In this document: one piece after another, positions 54,642-63,499 of the stretch
How the letters are laid out: the number at the start of each line of letters is the position of its first letter
Position numbering within the stretch: the stretch's first letter is position 1
Translations under genes and position numbers: made by a program
IMG/VR virus record: IMGVR_UViG_3300023184_000026
Location: 233,259-297,258 of that record
Reading direction: 5' to 3' (one strand)
DNA length: 64,000 bases
Notes under the pieces: generated by a model
Seen by the model: the letters and a program-made list of their open reading frames with translations, nothing else
The model's database searches: none
What the model was told of the DNA's origin: nothing

Positions 54642-57600
54642 TTCAAAACGCATTTATAGCTTCAAATGGCTTGATTGTAAATGGAAATGCCGAAATTAAC
54701 GGAGATTTGACCGTGAGCGGCTTTGCATATGCTTCATCAAGTTATGCTATCACAGCATCATATGCACTAAATTTTTCAGGAACTAGCGGCATAAATGGTA
54801 CTGATGGAACTTCCGGAACGAGCGGTCAAAATGGTACAAGTGGTACAGGTGGAAATTCTGGCACAGATGGCACGTCCGGATCAAGTGGAGAATCTGGCAC
54901 CAGTGGAACAAACGGCTTGTCGGGAACAAGTGGTACGAGTGGAGAAAGTGGTACCAGTGGAACAACTGGCACAAGCGGAACGAGTGGAGCGACTGGCTCA
55001 TCTGGTCAATCTGGTAGCGATGGTACCAGTGGTACAAGTGGTACGAGTGGGGTAAGCGGGGCGACTGGTTCTTCTGGCACGAGTGGTACTGATGGCACGA
55101 GCGGCTCTTCTGGTTCTACAGGAATAAGTGGCACAAGCGGAACGAGCGGAGCGACTGGCTCATCTGGTCAATCTGGTAGCGATGGTACCAGTGGTACGAG
55201 TGGTACAAACGGTGCCAGTGGCACGAGCGGAATAAATGGTACATCCGGTTCTTCCGGAACAAGCGGAACGAGTGGAGAAACAGGTACAAGTGGTACAAGT
55301 GGCGCTACTGGTTCTTCTGGCACGAGTGGCACGGATGGCATTAGCGGTACAACGGGTGCAAGTGGCACATCAGGTTCAAGTGGCACCAGCGGTGCAACAG
55401 GCTCAAGTGGCACAAGCGGTGCAACTGGCGCATCAGGTTCAAGTGGCACAAGCGGTGCAACTGGCGCATCAGGTTCAAGTGGCACAAGCGGTGCAACTGG
55501 CGCATCAGGTTCAAGTGGCACCAGCGGTGTAACGGGTGCAAGTGGCACATCGGGTTCAAGTGGCACCAGCGGTGCAACTGGCGCATCAGGTTCAAGTGGC
55601 ACCAGCGGCACATCAGGTTCAAGTGGCACCAGCGGCACATCAGGCTCAAGTGGCACCAGCGGTGCAACTGGCGCATCAGGTTCAAGTGGCACCAGCGGTG
55701 TAACGGGTGCAAGTGGCACATCAGGTTCAAGTGGCACCAGCGGCACATCAGGTTCAAGTGGCACCAGCGGTGCATCGGGTTCAAGTGGCACCAGCGGCAC
55801 ATCAGGTTCAAGTGGCACCAGCGGTGCGGGAACCATTTCTGGCGGCACAGCAAATTATGTTGCAAGATTTACTGGCGCAACAACACTAACTACTGGTTCA
55901 ATATTTGACAATGCAACAAATGTGGGAATTGGAAAAGCAACGCCAAACGCAAATCTTGATGTATATGGTGATACAATAATTACAGGTAGTTTATCAGTGA
56001 CTGGTAACATTACTAATATAGGTAATGTCAGTGCAAACAGCATAACGGTTGCTGGGCAACCAACAACTTATGGTACAGTAAATCCTGATTATATTAACGC
56101 AGGTAGAATAACTTCCGACCAAACCGGTGCAGGTTCAGGTAGTGATATTATATTTAATTATGCACCTGTAAGTAGTGGTATATCTCTTAACACATCAACG
56201 GGTGTATTCACATTAACCGCAGGTAAAACATACAGTTTATTTGCAGAATTAAGTTTCAGCAATTTTAGTGATACAGCAAATGGTTATGAAATATACGATT
56301 GGGTAGATGCAACAACAAATACTAGATTAGTCACAACTGGTATAGGTGCTGGTATAGGTGAGAATATCAATAGAAATACAAATGAATTTAATGCAACATC
56401 TACTACTTTAATTTATACCCCAACTACAAACCAAACTGTAAAAGTTCGTATTGTAGAGGCGGCGGGAACAGTAACTGTCAGAGCAGGTATTGGAACAAAA
56501 GCAATTATTCAACAAATAAATCCCGTCATAGCGGTTCAAGCAACTGCTACTGGTACGGTTAGCACGAACTATGCAAAATACACAAGGTCTGCACAACAAA
56601 CTGGGTTATCAAATGGATCGGTTGTTGTTTGCAATGTAATAGAAAATACAGGTGGATCAGCAATATCAGTCAATACAGGAAGTGGTCAAGTTACATTGGC
56701 CGCTGGTAAAACTTATAGATTAAAAGGAATGATTCCCGGTTTCACTACTAGCGGTGCGAACGTAAGACCACAGTTCTGTTGGTATAATGAAACTACATTA
56801 ACATATATAGGTTCGTCTGCCGAATCGTACAGTCCGAGCGATGCTGTTGGATACGGAGCATTTGGCGGCGCAGCTGAAGCAATTATTACCACAGCTGCAA
56901 CAACCGTGACATCGTTTAGATTATTAGCAGGTGCGACCAATTTAGCAGGTATAGGCGGTAATACCGATTTTTCTACTACAGGAAGTTATCCGTGGATTGA
57001 CATACAAGAAATAGGAGCAACCTTCGCACTCAACGCACTTGACACAATGACTCTAACCGGCGCTGTTTCAGCCAGCGGTAATGTAACCGGACAAAACTTA
57101 ATATCATCAAACGCAAGTGGTAATGAAGGTGGAGAAATACAACTTGCTAAATCTCCAAATAGTACCTTATCTGGAAGTAATGTTGTCATTGATCAATACA
57201 TTGATAGAATTAGATTTTTTGAAAGCGGCGGTAGCTCAAGAGGTGCATATATTGATCTATCAACAGCACCGGCGGGGGTAGGTTTTTTAATTAATAATAG
57301 AGCAAGTGGCATTGTTGATGCCGGTACAGACGTTACATTAGGAAATTTGAAAGTAAGATTATCAACATCGGGAAATAGAAGTTTGCAAGTATCAACTGTT
57401 TCAGGAACATATTCAGTTTATGGCAGTAGTGTATATAGTACGGGAGGTCCAGGCGGTACATCAATAACAGACAATGCGCCATTAACAATTACAACCACGC
57501 CCACATATATTAATGCGGCATATAGTTTTGGTCTGGGAGGATATACTGATACTTGGTTGCTTATGTCCACGGCCAGTAACATTGCTTGGAGAATAACATT

Positions 57601-57655
57601 GATAGTTGGTAGTAGTTACAACAACAATATGATATGTATTGAAAGATTGGTATAA
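54638..57655 (+). CDS. Fibre protein with a proline-free Gly-X-Y collagen-like stalk and Thr/Gly-rich head domains
   Basis: SASYA-type leader, ~116 G-X-Y triplets, then two related beta domains (VFTLTAGKTYSL / QVTLAAGKTYRL). Confidence 0.8.
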   Translation: MIQNAFIASNGLIVNGNAEINGDLTVSGFAYASSSYAITASYALNFSGTSGINGTDGTSGTSGQNGTSGTGGNSGTDGTSGSSGESGTSGTNGLSGTSGTSGESGTSGTTGTSGTSGATGSSGQSGSDGTSGTSGTSGVSGATGSSGTSGTDGTSGSSGSTGISGTSGTSGATGSSGQSGSDGTSGTSGTNGASGTSGINGTSGSSGTSGTSGETGTSGTSGATGSSGTSGTDGISGTTGASGTSGSSGTSGATGSSGTSGATGASGSSGTSGATGASGSSGTSGATGASGSSGTSGVTGASGTSGSSGTSGATGASGSSGTSGTSGSSGTSGTSGSSGTSGATGASGSSGTSGVTGASGTSGSSGTSGTSGSSGTSGASGSSGTSGTSGSSGTSGAGTISGGTANYVARFTGATTLTTGSIFDNATNVGIGKATPNANLDVYGDTIITGSLSVTGNITNIGNVSANSITVAGQPTTYGTVNPDYINAGRITSDQTGAGSGSDIIFNYAPVSSGISLNTSTGVFTLTAGKTYSLFAELSFSNFSDTANGYEIYDWVDATTNTRLVTTGIGAGIGENINRNTNEFNATSTTLIYTPTTNQTVKVRIVEAAGTVTVRAGIGTKAIIQQINPVIAVQATATGTVSTNYAKYTRSAQQTGLSNGSVVVCNVIENTGGSAISVNTGSGQVTLAAGKTYRLKGMIPGFTTSGANVRPQFCWYNETTLTYIGSSAESYSPSDAVGYGAFGGAAEAIITTAATTVTSFRLLAGATNLAGIGGNTDFSTTGSYPWIDIQEIGATFALNALDTMTLTGAVSASGNVTGQNLISSNASGNEGGEIQLAKSPNSTLSGSNVVIDQYIDRIRFFESGGSSRGAYIDLSTAPAGVGFLINNRASGIVDAGTDVTLGNLKVRLSTSGNRSLQVSTVSGTYSVYGSSVYSTGGPGGTSITDNAPLTITTTPTYINAAYSFGLGGYTDTWLLMSTASNIAWRITLIVGSSYNNNMICIERLV
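54779..55825 (+). repeat. Coding 9-nt-period repeat (GTS/GSS/GAT/GAS) with 27- and 36-bp higher-order units
   Basis: 1044 nt between the first Gly (54779) and Gly 55823; near-identical TCAGGTTCAAGTGGCAC(C/A)AGCGG units from ~55370 to 55825. Confidence 0.95.
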
Positions 57656-57770
57656 TCAAACATATTCAAATACTGAGAACATTCTCAGTTAAATAACTGA
57701 CGCCACATTGTTTGTATAATTTCTTCGTAATATTATAAATAATTTCCAGAGCATATGTGTTTCTTGGAGA

Positions 57771-57778
57771 TATTTATA
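57771..57778 (+). promoter_or_regulatory. TATTTATA putative late-promoter motif
   Basis: 13 nt before ATG 57792. Confidence 0.55.
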
Positions 57779-57791
57779 TAATATAAAACTT

Positions 57792-60155
57792 ATGCCTACT
57801 TCACTTCCAACAAAAATGTCCATGTTTGAGAATGCAGTTTCACTCTCAACTTCGAGTTATATAATAGGATTGGATATGTATGGTGGGCAACTATCCAACG
57901 TAAAAGTTTCTGCATCAATTGCTGGATATGAACTTTCAAGAAAAAGATGGATACTTAATCCACCGGTAACATCATCAAACGATGTTCGCGGAGATGATGG
58001 TGCGGAATCGTATAATAGTGGTCAATATTGGATAAAATCTGGCAGTGTTTGGTTGGAGCTTGTTGTGACTGGTTCGAACAGTAGCGGCACAATTTCAAGC
58101 AGTTATCAGCTGTCAGATGGTGGTGGAGAAGAATTTGGAGCGGGAAATAATGTAACTTTTGGTAGAGCAAATATTGGTGCCATAACTGGCTCAAAAATCA
58201 ACATTGTAGCACAGGCAAATATCGGCACTAGTATATTAGATGAACATTTTGTTACTGGCAGCTTGAACGTTTCTGGTTCGTTGAGAACCACTGGAACAGC
58301 AACCATACGAGCAAAAACATATATAAAATTTGACGCTGCTGCCGACGGAATATATTTCATAAGTGGCAGCGGTTTTACTCAGGCTGCGTCCATAATCTTG
58401 GCAAATTCAAGAGTAAACTTCAGTTCCACTGCGGGTACTACGCCAAATGGTTTCACGTTCAATACAGGTACTGTTAGCAATGCAGTTTTGGTACGAGACA
58501 ACGGTTCGTTGAATGTTTTTGGTAGCGGAAGTTTTGGTAAAACTACATCAAATGCGGTATTGGATGTTAATGGAAATACAATAGTAACAGGGTCATTGAC
58601 TGTGACTACCGGAAGTATTGTAATAACCGGTTCTTCTGTATATCCTTTGGATATAACATCTACAACCGGTAACGCTAATTTTAGAGTCATAGACACCAAT
58701 AACTCAACTGCGTTTGGATATTTTACAAATGGATTTGGTACTGGAAGAGTTGGCGTGGGTAATCTGAGTATGTTTGTCGGTGGGCAAGCTGGTATGTCAA
58801 CGATAATACAAGCTGGCAACATCATTTCCATGATAATCAATACATCTGGCAGCGTTGTCATTGGAAACGCGGCATCAAGTGCAAGATTGAACATAAGCGG
58901 AAGTGCTGTTGTTACGGGTTCAATATACATAAATAACGGAACATTAATTGGAACTGCGTCATATGCATTAAATGCAAAATCAAATAATGTATATAATGTT
59001 AAAGATTATGGAGCCGTTGGAGATGGAACAACTAATGACACGACCGCAATACAAACTGCAATTAACGCAGTCAAAGTTGCTGGCTTTGGAACAGTATATT
59101 TTCCGGATGGTACATTTGTAATAACCGGTTCATTGACCATTCCATCAAATCCACAATGTGATATTTCTTTGGAAGGTGAAGGTTCAAACATATCTATTAT
59201 CAAACAAACATCAAATGCAAATGCAATTTACTTTGATATGAATGATGGTAGTGGTTGGGCGAATGATTATCAAGTAGCAATAAAGAGTCTTGCATTCAAA
59301 ACTTCTGGACAAGCCAGCACAGCAATACATGTTACATATGGCACTTTACAGTACTCACAGCACTCAAATATATCAGTTGATATAAATGATGTTCATATCT
59401 ATTCCGATGGTTCAAATTATTGGAACAATGGAATTGTTCTTGAGTCGGCATGGAATTTTAGAATTTCAAACACGATGGTGATTGGAAAAACGGGATCGTC
59501 TCCATATAATGGCACAGGGTTGGAAATACGCAGAATGTGCGTAAATGGATCAATTAATCAATCGCAGTTCAATTTTTGGAAAACTGGAATATTTGTAAAT
59601 ACTGTAGATTATACATCAGCTGGAATGAACACAGAAGGATTGTTCCTTGATCAAATATATATGGTGCCTGTTAATTATGGGGTGTATGTAAAAGGCAATA
59701 AAACATTCTACAATGCTCCATTTAATTCAAATGATTGGGCGGGCAGACCAATTGCTGGAAGAATGGTGTTGTTTTCGTTCAATGACAGTCACATCGATTC
59801 GCGAGATTCTGGTAATGCACTGTTGCTTGAAAACGTACAAAGCCATTATATATCAAATAATCTTATGATATCAGATGGTACTGGTTCCGTGGTTTATGGT
59901 TCAAATGCATATGAAGGAACATTTACCGGAAATACATTATTTAATGCAGGCAGTGCGCCGTCAATTTATATTGGTGGATACAGCGGATCTGCTAATATAG
60001 TAACAGGAAATGTATTTCGCGGAGGATCTACACATGTATTACTTGAATCAAGTTCAATATACAATAAAGTGTATGGAAATATTGCATATGATGCTCTTAA
60101 TATTTCCGTGACCAATGCTGGTTCAAATAATTTGGTTGGAAGTGTAGGCAACTAA
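57792..60155 (+). CDS. Tail fibre/tailspike with pectate-lyase-like beta-helix (putative depolymerase)
   Basis: VYNVKDYGAVGDGTTNDTTAIQTAI..TVYFPDGTF (~58990) followed by right-handed beta-helix-like repeats. Confidence 0.8.
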   Translation: MPTSLPTKMSMFENAVSLSTSSYIIGLDMYGGQLSNVKVSASIAGYELSRKRWILNPPVTSSNDVRGDDGAESYNSGQYWIKSGSVWLELVVTGSNSSGTISSSYQLSDGGGEEFGAGNNVTFGRANIGAITGSKINIVAQANIGTSILDEHFVTGSLNVSGSLRTTGTATIRAKTYIKFDAAADGIYFISGSGFTQAASIILANSRVNFSSTAGTTPNGFTFNTGTVSNAVLVRDNGSLNVFGSGSFGKTTSNAVLDVNGNTIVTGSLTVTTGSIVITGSSVYPLDITSTTGNANFRVIDTNNSTAFGYFTNGFGTGRVGVGNLSMFVGGQAGMSTIIQAGNIISMIINTSGSVVIGNAASSARLNISGSAVVTGSIYINNGTLIGTASYALNAKSNNVYNVKDYGAVGDGTTNDTTAIQTAINAVKVAGFGTVYFPDGTFVITGSLTIPSNPQCDISLEGEGSNISIIKQTSNANAIYFDMNDGSGWANDYQVAIKSLAFKTSGQASTAIHVTYGTLQYSQHSNISVDINDVHIYSDGSNYWNNGIVLESAWNFRISNTMVIGKTGSSPYNGTGLEIRRMCVNGSINQSQFNFWKTGIFVNTVDYTSAGMNTEGLFLDQIYMVPVNYGVYVKGNKTFYNAPFNSNDWAGRPIAGRMVLFSFNDSHIDSRDSGNALLLENVQSHYISNNLMISDGTGSVVYGSNAYEGTFTGNTLFNAGSAPSIYIGGYSGSANIVTGNVFRGGSTHVLLESSSIYNKVYGNIAYDALNISVTNAGSNNLVGSVGN

Positions 60156-60162
60156 TATTATT

Positions 60163-60873
60163 ATGGGTGCAAGAACAGACGAATTCAATAAAAAATTTTT
60201 ATACACGGAAACTAATCCGGAAGGAATAATTGCGGGCAAAAAAGGAATATTCTTTTTTAGAAAAGGTAACGAATTTTTTGTAAATTATAGTGGAAATCTT
60301 GAATCCGGTGCTTGGGAAAAATTATCATATCGAACAGTCATTATACCCGTTCCACCAGCTTCTAAAGTCATACAATATAAGAAACCGCATGAAATATGGT
60401 TAAAAACCACTGATGGATTTTATAGTAATGAAACTAATAAAATCATGCCAAAAACTGGCTGGAAGTTTTTTTCGTACGATGATGCATTTGCAATGTTGGT
60501 GTTCAGAAAAATTACTTGGCACTTTCCAGTACCAACATCTTCATATTATTTGGGTGGAGTGGATGGAAACAGAAGCTACGATGATGACTTCTTTTATGCT
60601 AAAATAGGCGGAATATGGTATAGAACTCCAGTTACACTATGGAATTTTTTAGACACTCCTGCTCCTGTCGAAGATCCAAGTATATCAACAAGTCTTCCTT
60701 TTGTTGATCTTCCCCTCGCTGGTATTGGTTTGAATTCATATGACACGGGGTGTTCTCAAGTGGGCGACCAAACATACGACGTTGGATTTTTCTACATAAA
60801 AGTAAATAAAACAAACTGGAAAAGATCTAGACTAAGTTTATACAAAATATTACCGAAAATGGCTTTATTCTAA
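60163..60873 (+). CDS. Tail-fibre-associated protein
   Basis: NPEGIIAGKKG..FFRK..TGW motif and two YD..FFY.K....W.R repeats of the type common in phage tail proteins. Confidence 0.5.
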   Translation: MGARTDEFNKKFLYTETNPEGIIAGKKGIFFFRKGNEFFVNYSGNLESGAWEKLSYRTVIIPVPPASKVIQYKKPHEIWLKTTDGFYSNETNKIMPKTGWKFFSYDDAFAMLVFRKITWHFPVPTSSYYLGGVDGNRSYDDDFFYAKIGGIWYRTPVTLWNFLDTPAPVEDPSISTSLPFVDLPLAGIGLNSYDTGCSQVGDQTYDVGFFYIKVNKTNWKRSRLSLYKILPKMALF

Positions 60874-60890
60874 TAATTATATAAAACTAA

Positions 60891-63104
60891 ATGAGCATTA
60901 ATCCAAAAGATATTTATTTTACACAGAGAAATGCAGCAAATACTGCATTTACCGAAGTGTATGTCAGTGGAAGTAATTTATTAATACAGACCAATGCTGA
61001 TGGTATAATAACCGGTTCTAACGTATTACCGGCCAACATAAGCGCAGTCAGTGCTTCATATGCTCTCACGGCATCGTATGTTTTGGGTGGATCAATTTCT
61101 GGATCTATTGATTCGGCATCATATGCAGTAAGTGCGTCGTATTCTGCGTATGCACTAACTGCGTCGTATGTTTTGGGTGGATCAATTTCCGGTTCTGTTG
61201 ATTCGGCTTCATATGCGTTAAGTGCATCGTATGCATCAACTGCATCAAAAGCCGAGTCGTTGATTGCTGGAATAAATATAAATGTTGGCCAAATAACTGC
61301 GTCTTCAATATTGGTTGATAAATTGACCGTAAATATTGTCACCAGCAGCATTGCATATATAACTGGCAGTACAATTTTTGGAAGTAGTCTTTCTGATACT
61401 CATCGATTCACAGGCAGTGTGTCAATCACTGGATCAATTTCATTTGCGGGTTTGCTTGAGGGAGATGGTAGTAAATTGCGCAATGTTGGTGAAATTGATA
61501 AAATATTTTATGTGGCAGAAGATGGCAGCGATTCCAACGATGGAAAAACATTAAATACTCCATTCAGAACAATCAAACACGCATCTATTGTAGTGTCTTC
61601 GTCAATTGTGCTATATGGAACTGGGTCGGCTCCTTGGAGAAGCACAATCAGAATACAAAGCGGATATTATATTGAAGAGGCTCCGGTAATTATTCCACAA
61701 TGGACTTCTATTGTTGGAAATGATCTTAGAACAACAGTTATTCGCCCAACCGCCGGTACAAAAACTGAAAATATGTTTTTGATGAATAACGGAACATACG
61801 CATATAATCTGCGCTTTGAAGGTTCAACAATTGACAATCTTGAAGATCCGCGCAAAGGATTTTTCTTTGCATTTCAACCCGGAGCATTCATAACAACATC
61901 CCCGTATATTCAAAACTGCTCTTGTATCAACACTCCGTTTGATAAGTTTTATGTACCATTAAGTCCAAATTCAAGTCCTCCAAATTATCTAGTTGGAAAT
62001 GGTCCAGGTGGCATGATCGTGGATGACAGCGTACTAGATCCATATAGTCCATTGAAATCAATGATTGTTGACGCATACACACAAGTTGCGTTCAATGGTA
62101 TTGGATTGTGTGTTCGCGGCAGAGGTTATGCACAACAAGTTTCGTTCTTCACAAATTTTAGCAGAGTAGGTATATTTGCCATGGATGGCGGTCATGCTTC
62201 TTTGCTGAACTCCAATACAACATTTGGTGATTATGGATTAAGAGCATCTGGTTCTCGTATAATAATTGTACCTAATATAAATCCTATAAGCTCTTCTGTG
62301 GACGCTTCTGCATCTGTTCTTCTTTTGTCAAATGCGTCGGCCATTCAAGATTATATGATGGACCAGCTTAAAATTCATGGCTGGTATAGTTCATCATATC
62401 TTATACCAACATCATCGGCATATCTTTCTACAATTAAAGACAGCAGTATTCTTATATCATCTCTTGCATCAGACTTGCTTGTTGAAAAAGCTGCTTTAAC
62501 ATCTACATTCCTTCAAGGACAATTTAAAGGACAAGATATATCGGGCGACAAAAGATATACGCTTCCCACGGCATCTGCTGACTTTAGAAAAGGTGCTATA
62601 GCTGCCTTTAGAGTCAACGATGGCAAAAAGATGGCAATGGACTATACATCATCATATCTGTATATAAAGGAATATATCAACAGTGATCCAGATATACTTT
62701 TTGCAACCATGACTTCTCAAGCCAAGGATAAAGTAAATCAAATGCTTGATCTTGCCATTGATGTTATAAGAAGCGTTGCTATTGATGTTGAGCCTACATA
62801 TCTACAAGAATTTGGTTCACTTATTACAGCAACTTCTCAAGATCTTTCATACGCAGGATCTGGAGTCAATTTTCTTGGATTGCCTGTGAATCAGGGCGGC
62901 ATAGGTCAAACAAACTATGATATTCGCATATATGAAGAAGCAGGTGGAAGAGTATATCATACAGCAGGAGATGAAACAGGAGACTTTTTTGCTGGTACGG
63001 ATTTTGTAATAAGACAAGCAACTGGTACAATAGAAGGCAGAACATTTGATAAAGCGATGGCCGCGAGAATTGTTCCATTAAATTTAGCGTTGGAGAGCGT
63101 TTAA
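60891..63104 (+). CDS. Fibre/spike protein with SASYA repeats and beta-helix domain
   Basis: Repeated [ST]ASY[AV]; IFYVAEDGSDSNDGKTLNTPFRTIKHA (DUF1565-like start of a beta-helix). Confidence 0.7.
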   Translation: MSINPKDIYFTQRNAANTAFTEVYVSGSNLLIQTNADGIITGSNVLPANISAVSASYALTASYVLGGSISGSIDSASYAVSASYSAYALTASYVLGGSISGSVDSASYALSASYASTASKAESLIAGININVGQITASSILVDKLTVNIVTSSIAYITGSTIFGSSLSDTHRFTGSVSITGSISFAGLLEGDGSKLRNVGEIDKIFYVAEDGSDSNDGKTLNTPFRTIKHASIVVSSSIVLYGTGSAPWRSTIRIQSGYYIEEAPVIIPQWTSIVGNDLRTTVIRPTAGTKTENMFLMNNGTYAYNLRFEGSTIDNLEDPRKGFFFAFQPGAFITTSPYIQNCSCINTPFDKFYVPLSPNSSPPNYLVGNGPGGMIVDDSVLDPYSPLKSMIVDAYTQVAFNGIGLCVRGRGYAQQVSFFTNFSRVGIFAMDGGHASLLNSNTTFGDYGLRASGSRIIIVPNINPISSSVDASASVLLLSNASAIQDYMMDQLKIHGWYSSSYLIPTSSAYLSTIKDSSILISSLASDLLVEKAALTSTFLQGQFKGQDISGDKRYTLPTASADFRKGAIAAFRVNDGKKMAMDYTSSYLYIKEYINSDPDILFATMTSQAKDKVNQMLDLAIDVIRSVAIDVEPTYLQEFGSLITATSQDLSYAGSGVNFLGLPVNQGGIGQTNYDIRIYEEAGGRVYHTAGDETGDFFAGTDFVIRQATGTIEGRTFDKAMAARIVPLNLALESV
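61059..61238 (+). repeat. Imperfect 90-bp tandem duplication (YALTASYVLGGSISGS[IV]DSASYA[VL]SASY)
   Basis: Units start at 61059 and 61149; mostly synonymous differences. Confidence 0.85.
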
Positions 63105-63108
63105 AGTA

Positions 63109-63116
63109 TATTTATA
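63109..63116 (+). promoter_or_regulatory. TATTTATA putative late-promoter motif
   Basis: 6 nt before ATG 63123. Confidence 0.55.
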
Positions 63117-63122
63117 TAAACC

Positions 63123-63479
63123 ATGCCTACAAATCCTATACCACTTAATAAATTTCGTTTGATTGCAAAAACATTAGATAGCGGAAGCAATCTTATATAC
63201 AGAGAAAATCTGGAAGTTGCTTCTATTTTACTTTCAGCACAAATTACTAATACAACGTCCAGTATCATGAGCACAGATGTGAAAATATTAAAGAGTGGCT
63301 CATTGTCAGATAGTGATGCTATTGCATTATTAAAAGATGCAAAAATTCCACCGGGTGATTCACTAAATCCAATATCTGGAAAAATAGTTCTTGAAAAATA
63401 CGATGCTTTTATAATTACATCTACTGAATCAGGATCATTACAAGTAATATTATCTATATTAGAAAACGCAATTAATTAA
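63123..63479 (+). CDS. Small beta-rich virion protein
   Basis: 118 aa; ILLSAQITN..IPPGDSL..IVLEKYD..LQVILSILE; TATTTATA 6 nt upstream. Confidence 0.6.
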   Translation: MPTNPIPLNKFRLIAKTLDSGSNLIYRENLEVASILLSAQITNTTSSIMSTDVKILKSGSLSDSDAIALLKDAKIPPGDSLNPISGKIVLEKYDAFIITSTESGSLQVILSILENAIN

Positions 63480-63499
63480 CCTCATAGTATCCATACACA

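Noticed and set aside
55370-55825. Regularly spaced ~27-36-bp near-identical repeats resembling a CRISPR array
   Set aside because: No unique spacers, strict 9-nt periodicity in frame within a CDS, no cas genes or leader; it is a coding Gly-X-Y repeat
55168-55865. Minus-strand and alternate-frame ORFs (PLVPLEP.., HRWCHLN.., QVAQAV..), likewise 63685-63996
   Set aside because: Shadows of the GTS repeat, whose codons lack stops in other frames; no independent start signals
54638-63104. Diversity-generating retroelement acting on fibre tips
   Set aside because: No reverse transcriptase and no template/variable repeat pair differing at adenines seen in this window
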